Source of the DNA: Callorhinchus milii
Taxonomy: Eukaryota
Direction of reading: 5' to 3'
Length of the DNA: 64,000 bases
NCBI RefSeq assembly: GCF_018977255.1
Contig: NW_024704743.1
Location: 68,264,001-68,328,000, forward strand
The translations under genes were made by a program, and so were the position numbers. Shown one piece after another: positions 37,531 to 49,991 of the stretch. How positions within the stretch are numbered: the stretch's first letter is position 1; each line of letters opens with the position of its first letter. Below the pieces are notes generated by a model. It was not told the DNA's origin and ran no database searches. It worked only from the letters and a program-made list of their open reading frames with translations.

Positions 37531-39329
37531 TTGCGGATCTAGATGTTATTAATACAGTCCATAATACCAGATTTTTTAACTAGAGAGCTTTTAATAAATC
37601 TGCAAGAAAAATGGAAGTTATAAAAGTAGCCCACGCACTCTATTTGAGATAAAAAGTTACATGATTAGGTAAAATACTTTGTGATGTAAGCAGTTTTAAA
37701 CGTTATATTATTTCCCAAGCCCATTCAGAATTGACACTTAAATTAGTATGATACTGTGCCTTGTTCTTATCCTGCAAACCATTTTGTAGATATTATAGTG
37801 TACAATAAGCAGAACATGATTCCCAACGACAGTGACAAGGGTTTGAAGTATCTAGTTGTTTTCAAGATTGCAGTGCACTTTAGTTTTTGTGACCTCAATT
37901 AAATAATTTTGCAAGGGTCTTTAATGGCTTTGTTCAGAGCAAGTGGCAAAAACATACGTTTATTATTTAGTGCTGAACATTGTCACTGTGAGCAATGAGT
38001 GAAGTTTTTATAAAATCTCTTCGTTTGGGTCTAAAGAAGTAAGCTGCCATGACAACAGATGCTTAATAACTTGAAATTGTTTTGTGTGATGTACTTTTTG
38101 TTCCATTTAATTTAAAATCCTGTCAGACAAAAATGATTGTACATTGTGTGGTAACACATTTTCTCCCACTGATGAATAACAGTCAAGCCTGTGATACTAG
38201 CATACGTTTCCAGGTTAGGAATCTTGTGGTCTTGTCTGGTGCTGCAGCTACTAGACTGCTCACAGGGGCTCTCAAAGCCTTAAAACCAGCTTAAATTTGA
38301 GCACATTTAAAAGAAGCTCAAAGCAGAATATACCAATATAGGTGGGAATCATTCATTTTTAATATTTAATATTTATTTGAATTGAATATCAACTTCAGTG
38401 AAATTTGTGAAAACACCTATGGGAAATGGTAATTTTCTGTAGTGCAAAATCAATAGCATGAACCATGCATTTTAATATACCTTCAAAGAGGATGGCATGA
38501 GCCCAGCAGAATTATCATAGCCTGTAAACAGCTGCAACCCAGACCACCCCAGCTTTCCTATCTAGATTAATCCTCTTCGCTCCTTCAACATTCCAGCTTT
38601 ATTCAGCGAATTGTTTATTCACCCCTAGGAGAGTTAATGCCAAATATCAAAGCCAAACCCACCTCCAAATTCACTCTACTCAATGGCTCTGATCAACAAC
38701 CATTTCCAGAGGAACCTCAGGGAAAGACAATACTATCCAAAGAATAATGTCTACTTCCAAAAATGAACAGGAAATATGTGTAACAGCTAAAGTCCTTGGG
38801 GCACTCCAGCCTGTTATTTTACATCACTGATGTTTTGGTGAATAATCTAGTGCTCTGATATGCAGCTCACGCCTGTATTGCAGGGAATGTCTTCAAAGAA
38901 CCTACAAACTTTCTGACAGCATCTGCTAAATATCTTTCAGCAATTTTAATGAGGGTAGATCCAATTTTCAGAATTTTGTTGTTTTTTTCATTCCTGTTAT
39001 TTAGCGGTGATGTGGGAGAGAATACCCCTGGCTCTAGATTTACTCTATTTGTACAGAATTTTAGAACATCCATTTGGCAAATTGTTGAATTCAGTCTTAA
39101 ACTTTGGTTCTCTGTAAATTCTTTTGAGAACTACAAAAAACTTCAAAGTTAAATGGTCGCACTAAAATACTACATAATGTAAATCTATAGAGTAAAAATC
39201 TAATCCCAGGTGGAATTTCTAACAATGTGATGCCTATGCACTTCTACTATATCTCTAAGATGCTGATGTTCATTTCCAGAAATTCAGTACTGGATTCAGG
39301 CAGCCAAAGTGAAGGAAAAAATTCTACAA

Positions 39330-39556
39330 CAGAAGGTGCCATGGGATTTTTAACATCCACCTAAACAGGCAGACAGGCCCGTGGTTAAAGTTTTCATCCC
39401 GAACGACAGCACCTCCAATGATGCAGCACATCCCCAGCACTGCATTGGAGTTCAAACTCCCGACACGGGACTTAAACCTACAGTCTTCTGACTCAGATAA
39501 CAGTGGTACCAACTGAGCTACAACAACTAGTTGTTGTTAACTGAGCTAGATGGACA
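39330..39556 (-). mobile_element. DeuSINE 5' half
   Basis: gtgccatgggatttttaacatccacctaaacaggcagacaggccc...cttctgactcaga...taccaactgagcta. Confidence 0.75.
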
Positions 39557-40223
39557 CCTCGATTTCTTTTCCATTCTACATCATAGTACAAGCCACTTCC
39601 AATGAAGTGTTGTGAATAGCACAATGGGTCATTTGATGGTTGATCCTAATCAAGGATCAGATTATTTATGTGTAGTTATGCTTATCCAAATGAGAGATTT
39701 AATGCTGGAAATGGGGCACTCCTTTGGTTTTGGCACATGGTCTGAGTTCTACCAGCAAGTTTCAGGTTATGGCTTCCTGTATTCAGTCATATTTCCTACC
39801 CAAACCTCAAAGGAAGTATCCTGTCCTGCAGCAGGATGAATTTTTCATTTCTAGCCCTTGTTGTTGGTCCCTCTTGGGGCAATGTGAGTTTAGGTGTTTC
39901 ATGCTGAATTGTAGGCAGTTTTGCACTTGAGACTTGCATCCATGAGGAGAAAAGTTAAAGGTATCCAAACCTTTTTCACTTAGAAGCCTTACAGCCAAAT
40001 GAGAAAGGGAAAGTTACCTGGTCAATCAGAGCTCGATTCAAACAAAGGTCCCAGACCTGAAATGCCTTCATGAATCACTTAAAAAACCTAAAGCCCTAGT
40101 CATATTTGTTTAAACCAGCAAAATTCAGCTATTGATTTTGTACCACTGATTTCTAAAAAGAACTAAAATGTCACCAGCTGTTTGTATACTTCCATATACA
40201 TATACACTGACCTTTTATGACAG

Positions 40224-40304
40224 ATGAACTGGAACAAGCTCCCCGCATGTACGAGCGAGGCATGTGCAGTGTTCTGCTGTCCAGTGCTGAACACGGTCAG
40301 CCAG
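40224..40304 (+). other. Candidate 81-nt internal exon of an unidentified gene
   Basis: Branch-point-like cactgac (40205-40211), ttttatgacAG acceptor, CAG|gtgtgt donor, length divisible by 3, two open frames, GC/CpG-rich against an AT-rich background; no protein recognised. Confidence 0.35.
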
Positions 40305-40371
40305 GTGTGTAAAGGACAATTTAATAACATCAAAAATAATAAACGTTATAGTACTTGGAAATGCATCACGC

Positions 40372-40457
40372 TAAAGCGCAGGAACTCTGCTCCAGATGTA
40401 GATTTGATCGAAGTGGAGGTCCTGCTTTTTCATATGAAGAAGAGTTCCTGCGCTTTA
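40372..40457. other. 86-nt hairpin with a perfect 17-bp basal stem
   Basis: taaagcgcaggaactct (40372-40388) / agagttcctgcgcttta (40441-40457), continuing imperfectly for ~14 more positions. Confidence 0.8.
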
Positions 40458-41228
40458 CTTGCCTGAGGTTCCACTTGTGACTCCTCTTACAAATACCATT
40501 TTTAGACCTCATTACCTAGCAATTGGAATAATAGGCTTTCATCAACCTTTCATTGGTTCCTCTATCCAGTTTTAATATATGTAAACATTACTTTGATTTG
40601 GTGCATGTCGACTTGAACCATGATATTTCATTAAATGTTTACCATTATTAATATTATGGCTGCCCTATAATTCACTTGCTGATGTGAAATTTATTCTCTA
40701 CTATTTATGGATCCATATGACTAATGTGTAATTTGTCACCGTGATCTCTCATTAAATGATAATTGTATTTCCTGTGATGTTTTTGGTTGTTGGCAAAAAA
40801 ATGATTAACTGGAAAATACAATATATAGTTAATTGCTGGGACAATTAATTAATATTCATTGGACTCCCAGACTGCCATCCACCCTGATTTAGCATTACAT
40901 TTGGCCTGATAAAGAAAGCTACCAACTACCAAAGTAGAATGCTGCATATGAAAGTTTTTTTTTTACAATTTAATGTGAAAACCTAATTATGTCAGTGTGA
41001 CATAAAATGATACATTTAAATGTCATGTTTTAATTAATAAATCACATGCATCCACAGAGATGTGAAACTGCTATTAGCAACTCATTATCTGTGAAAACTA
41101 AGGGGGCTGCAGGAGTATCTGATGCCAGGAATATAATGGTTGTGTAAAGGTTTTATTTGTGTTCAGCAGAAATGAATACTTTGATTGTGGAAAGGTTATT
41201 ATAATCTAGAGATGCCATTCGACCACGA

Positions 41229-41854
41229 CCTGTAGCTCAATGGTTAGAGCATTCGCCTCGCAAGCGAGAGACCTGGGTTTGATTCCTGGAGAGGGCGAAA
41301 TGTTGGGCAAGTTTCCTTACTCCACATACCTCTGTTTACCTAGGAGTAAGTAGGAACCCGGTTGGCTCTGGCCTTCCGCATGTCCGCCGTGCCCTCCATT
41401 CTACCATTGGTGGCCGCACTTTCAGCCACTATCTCCTGAAACTCTGGGACACTCTTCCTCTATCCCATTTTCAGGTTATGCCTGAAGACCTTTCTATTCA
41501 ACCTACGGTCACCTCCCCCTCCCCTGGCTCAGTGTCGTGCTCCGTCATTGTCAAGCACTCTGGCACTCTACCCTGTGTGAGGGGCGCTATATAAATGCAA
41601 GTTGATGTTGTTAGTCGATTGGCTTTTTCAAGGGTAAAAATTCCTTTAAAAAACACAATAATAATTTGGTCATTTCAAACTATGACTGTTTGTGGGACAC
41701 TGCTGTGCGCAATTGGCTGCTGCGTTTCACCCACAAATATAGTCTATATATATATACCTGAAGACTTTCCTCAGGTATATTCTGTGAAGAGTTTTGAGAC
41801 GTCTAGAAAACTTGATAAGGCACTATATCAAATGCAAGGATTATTATTATTATT
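41229..41854 (+). mobile_element. Long-subfamily tRNA SINE interrupted by an L2 3' fragment (41365-41610)
   Basis: taggaacccggttg|L2...gcaagttgatgttg|ttagtcgattgg; the uninterrupted form is seen at ~28660-28687. Confidence 0.88.
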
Positions 41855-42164
41855 AGAGGTGCTGTTCAGCTTCCAACAGCCATGTTGCAAATGCCACTGC
41901 TATATGCTGAATGAGGCAGAATTGATGCTGCTGAGGAACTCTGCCATGCATCCAGCAGGGCTTTCATTGATGGCAGTGGCATGATGTACTCCTCTCCAGG
42001 AAGTTAAACACTGTAACGGTGGTGGTAAAGTTGACGTCATCTTGTAGACTACTCACTTATTCTAGGTACAATGTTTTATCTTTAAAACGTTCTCATAAAA
42101 TGACTTTAAAACATATCTCTTCAACCTCGCTTTCGGTCATCTTTAAATCAATCCGTTCTGCAAC

Positions 42165-42935
42165 AGAGAGCCAGTGGAGCCGGACAAGAACTGGGGTGAT
42201 ATGGGTGTGGAGCCTGGAATGGGTGAGGACACCGATGGCTATTTTGAATCATTTGAACCTTGTTAGTGAGCTGGGGAGACCGGTGCGGAGTGCATTGGAA
42301 AAATTGAGGTGGGAGGTGAGGAAAGGACGAATGAGAGTTTCAGCAGTATTCAAAGTAAGCTAGGGGCAAAGATGGGTGATCTAGCAGAGTTGGAAGAAAG
42401 TGGCCCTAGTTAGGGACCAGATGTGGGGTAGGATGGACGACTAGGATCAAACCTGATGCCAAGGTTGGATACAGATTCAGGTGAGTCTGAGGCATAGGCA
42501 GGAAAGGTTAAGGAATCTTAACTGCAGGTGAGAAGGCGTTGTCGGGAGCCAAGGAGGATGGCGTTCATCTTGTCCATGTTCAGCTGCAGAAAGTTTGAGC
42601 TCGTCCAGGCCTTGATATCGGATAGGCAGACAGTCGGAACAACGTTAGAACTGGGGTCGCGACTCGAGGAAGAAAAATAGATTTAAATATCATCCACATA
42701 TATGTGGAAGTTGGCCCCCATGTCTGCAGATGATATCACCAAGAGGAAACATGTAAGAGAGAAAAAGGAGGGGCAGAAATTAGAGCCTTGGAGTAAATCA
42801 CAGATAACCAAACGGGCAGGAGAAGAAACCGTTAGAGGAGAGAAAATGGTGGCAGTGGATCAAGTAGGACTTGAACCAGGAGAGACAGTCTCACTGAGGT
42901 GGATGAGGGGAGAGGGGATCGAAGAGGATGGCATG
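42165..42935 (-). mobile_element. Old L2 RT fragment
   Basis: Reverse complement encodes DIICRHGANFHIYVD and NFLQLNMDK-like segments. Confidence 0.8.
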
Positions 42936-44461
42936 AACATAAAACGTCATCTGGTCACAGATAGGTAGTGTGGAAATAGACATCTTCTTAGAATCGTCCC
43001 ACTCCCATTGTGGTACCTGATTCAAGTCCAGTGACACTATTTTGCTTGAAGATCTCATTAGTTCTCCTTGCCTTGAAGACTATGAATGGCTACAGGCTGC
43101 TGAAGACAAAAGACTTTCATCTCGTGATAACAGATGACGTTGTGTACAGTCTTAAACCCAATTAAAAGCATTTTATAGTTCTGAAGCAAAAGCTATATTT
43201 TAGCATGAAATGCAATAGAAACTGTGAAATGTATAGTTTCGAACTCGTTAAACTGAGAGTAAACAGGTGTCTGAGAAAGGTTGGCCACTGAACCTTTGAC
43301 ATCCTTCTCAGAGTTGACAAACACTGCAGAAAATCAACCTGCCCAGTGGGTAGTTAATGATTTCAAGACATACCAAAACACCAGCTAACTGTTTATTTAT
43401 TAGAAGCTAATCGGTTAGCGTTGATTGAATCAACCAGTGCTGTCAGTCATAATTTAACAGATAACGTGAGCTTTCAAAGAAACTAGGTTTAACCTATTCC
43501 CAGCTATGTGTTACATTTCACAGCGTATGGTCTACAGCTTATTTGATTTAACTTTTTATTCTCAATTTCCTAACTTGCTCTTCTAGTGGCTTGCACTCAG
43601 GATATATTTTATGACTGTTTCAGCCCTCTATTACTTTCCTTCCATTTGTGTGGCCCAAAAGAAAAGGATGCAGTCAGCAGAGTTGGGTAGAAACAGGGGG
43701 TGGGGGGGGGGGGGGGGGAGTATTGAATGAAGGATTCTTTGGGGTCTGTGCCTACCTCTCACGTCTGCTAATATAAATAATGACCTGGGTTTAACAGACT
43801 CAGTGCCAGGTAATTACATTTCAAATGACACCAAGTTAGAAGAAACTGTAGAATCAAAGGACCCAGCCAAGATGTGCAATTTTTTTACCAAATCATCAAA
43901 CGTAAGTGGAAATATTGAGAGATGATTGGGAAAAGTGCAACCAAGTTCATTCTGGGAGTTAGAAACATAGGATAACAGGAACAACAGGAGGTCATTCAGC
44001 CCATCAAGTCTGTTCCATCTTCATGATTTCAGGTCTAATTACAGTGAAAGCCACTTAATTATTTCATCTCACTTAACTCCTCCATCCCCCTCCCTGCCAC
44101 CCACCCCACATACGTCTCCTGTCACCCCTGGAGAAAAATCTCCCTCCATGCTCTCTCCGCTGCCCTGGAGGCATCTGAACTCCTACCCTTCTGGCCCTCC
44201 AACTGCAGTGACCTACCCTCCTTGGTCACCCTTCATTAGCTTCTTTTCAATGCAGAAACAATTCTGCAGCAGTCATTGTAAAGTTAATTCACAAGTGAAA
44301 AGAGAAGTAAAATATTAATATGTAAGAATATTAATATTTTTCGTTTCTAGAAGCTGAGCACAAATTAAATAGATTGTACGTGGTGTATTCTATACATTTT
44401 GGCTTTTTTCTCATTTTTCTGTTGACTGTTGTGGTGCTCTGTTGAGAGAGGACGGTGATAT

Positions 44462-44560
44462 TATAATAATAATAATCCTTGCATTTGATATAGCATTTTT
44501 CATGACTTCTAGACGTCTCAAAGCGCTACACAGAATAGACTGTAAAGTGAATTTACTGTA
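44462..44560 (-). mobile_element. SINE tail
   Basis: (aat)n ccttgcatttgatatagc...ttctagacgtctcaaagcgc. Confidence 0.85.
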
Positions 44561-44924
44561 CTGTAATGGGGTGTGGAGCACTTTTTCAATTTGTAATCTG
44601 TTCACATTGTGCCATTATCAATCATTCCCATGTCAAGTACATTACAGGCAGATGCAGAAGATAGCTTCCTGTGCTCGGTTTAAAAATGTACTTTAGTCAT
44701 CAATCTCTGAAGCAGACGATTATTCACTTCTGTTTTTTTTCTATTTTACCAATCCACATATCTTTATGACACCTCTGAGTGAGTGAGAATTCTAATTTTT
44801 TCCCAACTGTGAGCTGCTTTAAGTCATCCAGGATTGAAGCCACCCAAACACATTTCACCTAAGGATCCTTACAGCTGACAGGAGCCACCTTCTCACCCTG
44901 TCAGCCTATGGTAGCAGCTAACAC

Positions 44925-45203
44925 AAGCCTGCTCTGCGGCCCCCAATCCCCTCCTCCCCCCCCACACCCCAATCAATGGCTGTGCCTTCAGCCTCTGCAC
45001 CCCAAGCCTCTGGAATTCCCTATTTCTATCACTCCACCTTGGCCCCTCTTTATCTATTCTTAATCCAACCTTAAGACCTACCTCTTTGACGTGTCTGTGG
45101 TCACCTCCACCTTCCCCCTTGTTTGGCATCCAACCCACCACTGTGGTGCACTCTGAGGCACTATCCTGCATGAAGGCATTTTATAAATGCCAGTTGTTGT
45201 TGT
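44925..45203 (+). mobile_element. Old L2 3' fragment
   Basis: ggctgtgccttcagcctctgcacccc...ctctggaattcc...ataaatgccagttgttgttg. Confidence 0.7.
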
Positions 45204-45834
45204 GCTGGATTCATGCCCAAGTTCCAGATATAAAGGGACCATCCTCTAATTTACAACAGCACTGAGCTTGACTGTTATATTTAATCCAACATAAGTACAA
45301 TTCACACAAAGTAAATTTATATATCTGTTCATATGCAGTATCATTGGCATGTTAATAATATAACAATTTTGTTACAAATTACAGATGGCTTCACATCAGG
45401 AGCACGTCTCTAAGCACTTTGCACAACTGACTAGTGGAAGCTGGGGAAGGAAGGAAGGACTTACTCTGAAGTGACTGTGTATTTTGTAGGTGAATATTTG
45501 TAGACTAAGGTGACTGAAAGCTCAATCAAAGAGATGTGAGGGAGAGAGTGAGGTGGGGTCAAGGAGGAGGGACCTATAAACACAAAATAAACATGCAAGC
45601 AAATAGCATATAAAAGCTGCTTGACTTGAAAGAACTCAATATTTGTGCTTTACAAGTTAACGATGTTGATTCATTTTGCTGGTTTTGTTCAATCTGTTAG
45701 CTGGGTTTCAAAGAAGAGCAAAGTGAACTGTACTCCAAGACGTTACCCTGGGTGAAGGGCACTTTATAAATGCAAGTCATTGATGATATTTCAAATGCAG
45801 GCTTTTAAGGTAGAAAATCAATAGCAAAGAAAAC

Positions 45835-46190
45835 TCATAGAAATGGGAGTAGGCCATTCAGCCCCTTGAGTCTCTTCTGCCAACTCATACGATCACAAGA
45901 GATGCATGGACAAAAAGGCCTATTTGTCTTGTCTTTACAAAGATCCTGATTTGCCATTTTCACAGCTTCAAACTGTCTTAAATGTCTCACTTTGAGCACG
46001 TTGAGACATCCTCCAGATTTTATATTAATGTAAAATTTTGATGCCGACACTGGCCTTGTCCACTGTCTGGTGACATATTCCAGTTGTTGATTATTCTCTG
46101 TGTAAAGAAATACTTCTTGTTCTCTGACCCCAAATTGTCCTTCATAAGCCTGAACTTATGCCCTCTTGTGTATCTGAAATCATTCCTCTC
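45835..46190 (-). mobile_element. CR1 3' fragment
   Basis: catagaaatgggagtaggccattcagcccc...ctctgtgtaaagaaatacttc...ttatgccctcttgt. Confidence 0.55.
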
Positions 46191-46264
46191 AAATCAATTA
46201 GCATAGTTATTGTTGTAGTAAGTGGATTTATTTTGTTCTCCAATGCCAAACTACCAACATTTTT

Positions 46265-46448
46265 AAAAAACAATAACAATTTGGTCAATCAATCCACGAC
46301 TGTTTGTGGGACACTGCTGTGCACAATTGGCTGCCGCGTTTCGCCCACAAATATACAGTCAATTCACTTTACAGTATATTCTGTGAAGCGCTTTGAGACG
46401 TCTAGAAGACGTGAAAAGCGCTATATCAAATGCAAGGATTATTATTAT
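46265..46448 (+). mobile_element. SINE 3' half
   Basis: ccacgactgtttgtgggacactgctgtg...gagacgtctagaagacgtgaaaagcgc...(att)n. Confidence 0.9.
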
Positions 46449-47529
46449 ATTATGAGCGATGTATTGATAGTCATAAGTAAAAGATACTTATAAATAGCAC
46501 TGCGGAATACAGTACAAACAACAATAATAATAATCCTTACGTTTGATATTTTGACTTATCACGTCGTTGAGACGTCTCCAAATGCTTCACAGAATATACT
46601 CTAATGTGAATTGACTCTATATGTTATGGGTGAAATGTGCTGTTGCAATTTAAAACTAAAATGAATAAGATATGTACAGTTCCTTGCATACAGTTTCCCA
46701 ATGTTTACCTCTTCTGTATCATGTTGGGAAAGCTGCAACTGTTTCATTGAAATGGAAGCTGGTGCTTCAGATTGCTCTGCAGCACAATCTAGAGGTACCC
46801 AACCCCGAGAAAAATCACTGACAGCTGCAGAATACAGTCAGAGTGAGCTGCTGTACTATGTAAAGGTCCTGCAATTTGTCCCTTGAGTAATAAAATGAGA
46901 GAAAGCATACACTCTGTATTAAATAAAATGTTATTAAATAATTAAATATAAATTGCAAAGGATGGTCTTTTCTTGGTGACCTTTGTTTCAAATATCCCCA
47001 AAGTATTGTGTGTTTTATTGCCATAGACCACAATTGATTTTGCCCCATGCTTGCCTAGGTGTTTGTTCTACCTGACAGTACAGAACACAAAACGACTAGT
47101 GTTATTGGTTTATTAGGGTAAAATGATTATGTTCATCCCTGGTTGATGGCACTACATCCGAGTGGTCTCAATCCATTTTCCTTGGTAGGCAGGGTAAATA
47201 GGATCTCCTAGCAACTAAGCTGGCTCCAAATTGATATGCCTGCCAACAGAATGTCAGAATCAAGTTGACCTTCTTTGGCGTCTCGGTATCCAGTTCCTGA
47301 GTCAGGTGGGTCCCCACTACTGCTTATGGCCAATTCAGCCAGTGTAGATCATCGGCAGGATTTATAGACTAGTCAGTGAGGGCAGGGATTCATTCCACTT
47401 GATTCCTGTTAGCCCTGGAAGTAAAAGCTCTAGTGGGTATGGTGGTCCTAGCTGGACAAGCGACAAGAAACTTGCCAGATTGTGCTCTCAATGGCAAGCA
47501 AAGTGTTTTTATCTGATTGAACTTTAGCA

Positions 47530-47772
47530 TTACCCGAATACACACTCTGGAGTCCCCAAGCCTTGGCTATCACTCAACTGTGCCAGATACTCTCTGAAGT
47601 GGGGTAAGCAGGATGGATCCTTCAAGGGAGAGAATGAACATTCCATTCCAGACACATGGAAATTTCCACTTGCAGGCGGCATACGTATTTGGAACTTACA
47701 ATCGGGTTTCAATAGTCTTAAACGTGGCGATGGGTGTCAGACATGTGTCAGACACTCAGCTGAACAAAAACA
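47530..47772 (+). repeat. Repeat 'A' copy
   Basis: ggtaagcaggatggatcc...gggagaga...catgtgtcagacactcagctgaacaaaaa. Confidence 0.65.
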
Positions 47773-48714
47773 AGTGATCGCAGTGATTGTCCAAACCCAT
47801 GCTTACTCACTATGAGGCATTTCAAATGCACAGCAGTCCTTCACGCTATATGAGTCTTTCTGCTGTTTCACACCATGTAGACCCTTCACACCTAAAGTAA
47901 CTCGCTGAAAATACTTGACAGATTCATCACACAAGATGGCACATTGGAGACCTGGTAGAAGCTGAGGTCAGCTGTTGAAATAGAGTTGTGAAACTTGTAT
48001 TCTATTACTTCCACTGAAACTGATCCAAATTTGTTGTGATCCCAAAAACTGAACATTGCCAAGTAAAAGCCAGAGGAACAAATAAACTATAGCAACTTGA
48101 TCACTAGAAAGTGGCATAGTTTCCATTGTTCTCAAAAGAAACACCAAAAGGTGTAAATGGAAATAATACAATGTATTTAATACCAAACACAGTTTTGGAA
48201 TTCTGTTAATATTTTCAAGATTTGTGATCAAAGTGTGGTAAGTGGACACAACAGTGTGGGAAATGGACAATAGCAATGCGTCAGTGAAAAAAATGGTAAT
48301 GGTTCATGTTTGTAGCAAATTAACAGAATGGTTGTTCCCTATTCATTAAATTACTGACCCTTGTAATGGGATCTGGCCATTGTACTGCCATTGTTAGTAA
48401 AGTCACTGAACAGCAGACAGTAGATAAACTCAATTAGAGAATAATTGTCTCCACCCCCCACCAAACATCCAAAAACAGTCATGGCCTGAGTCGTAATCGG
48501 CCTATGCACTGACTAGGACTTAATTTTTAAGACAAAATAGTCCAAAGAGGCTAAGATTAGACAGAATTTCACCCAACATTTCACCCTGCTGGGAATAGAA
48601 CCCAGGTCTCTCGCGTGCGAGGCAAGTGCTCCAACCCTGAACTACTGAGCATAACTAGACATTATGATATCTATTTATGATGCATTTTGATGCTAATGTA
48701 AACCTTTGGTATTA

Positions 48715-49075
48715 ATAACAATAATAATCGTTGCATTTGGTTTAGCACCTCTCACATTGGGAGGAGATCTCAAAGTGAGTTACTGTAAAGTGCAGTGACT
48801 GTATTTTGTGAAACTCTGCTGTGCGCAATTGGCTGCTGCATTTGCCCACAAAATATACAGTCAATTCATTTTACAGAATATTCTGTGACGCGCTTTGAGA
48901 CGTCTCAATGACGTGATAAGGCAAGGATTATTATTATCATTATTTTAGGCAAACACGGCAGCCCATTTTTGCACAGCAATGTCCCACAAACAGCCATGAA
49001 GTGAATGACCAATTTTATTTGGGGGAATTGTTGGCCAGGACACCGGGAGAAACTCCCTTCTCTTTTTGAATGTCA
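48715..49075. mobile_element. Minus-strand DeuSINE with a nested plus-strand SINE 3' fragment (~48817-48942)
   Basis: gtgactgtattttgt|tgctgtgcgcaattgg...gcaaggattattattatc|ttttaggcaaacacggcagcc. Confidence 0.7.
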
Positions 49076-49991
49076 TGTTGGCAAAGATGTGCGCTTGGCT
49101 GAAAATCATTCGTTTATCAAAAATCAGTTAAGTGCTGCCTACATATGAGTGGGAAAGATTCCAGACAGACACTGCAGTCCCATGATACTTTTGCAAAGCT
49201 TCTTTTCGAACAACTCAAAATTGTATTGAGGCACAATTGCCTTGTCGCTTTTAACCTTATTAGAATAAGCCATCCAAGTTACCCTTTAAAGATATCAAAG
49301 CAGAGACATTTTTTTTTATTTCTGTCATATCTTTAGGTGCGTTAGCAATTGTAAGCGTACTCTGCAGTGATACTGGAATATGTTTACACTCACATTTTGT
49401 AAGCCTTCGCTAATTGGTCCTACACATGCCAGCAATCTCATCCGATTACCACAGCACAAAATTGTTGTGTCATTCTCTCTGTAGCTTAAACCTGATTATA
49501 ACAATTGCTTTCTCGAGTACCTTAGAAGTTCCATTTTACTTCCATTTGTATGTAGTGTCTTTCCGTGAGGATAGGTTTGTACCTTATGTTTTAGATGTCA
49601 CAGAAGATATCTGGATATATTTCAGCCATTCTAGAATTTGAAAGCAGCCACACTTCCATTAAAAGTCTTGTTTCTGCTCCGCCACACTTTTTATACCAAA
49701 TCTTCTGGCTCTCTAAGCCATTACGGAGAACAGCAAAGTTCACAGCAGAACCACAATGCTCTGACAACCATACCTTATCCTTCACTTGTGTATTCAATGC
49801 TGTGCACTAACTGCTGCCAGCCTTGAGTTCAATGAAGCCTCACAGTGTGCCATGGTTGATCAGGACCTTGACGGTGTTCTCTCCAGCATCATTCAACAGG
49901 ACAGGTTGCCCATGGAGAGTGAGTCACCCTGACAACCCTCTTCGTGTCACTTAACCACAATCCTCCCACTCGTTCCTTCTTAATATCACCA

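Noticed and set aside
43696..43718. Poly-G run
   Set aside because: Simple homopolymer with no supporting context; its length may be unreliable.
49821..49918. Possible exon after cactaac...gccag, ending at ga|gtgagt
   Set aside because: The branch point is very close to the AG, the pyrimidine tract is poor and no peptide is recognisable; only RNA-seq could rescue it.
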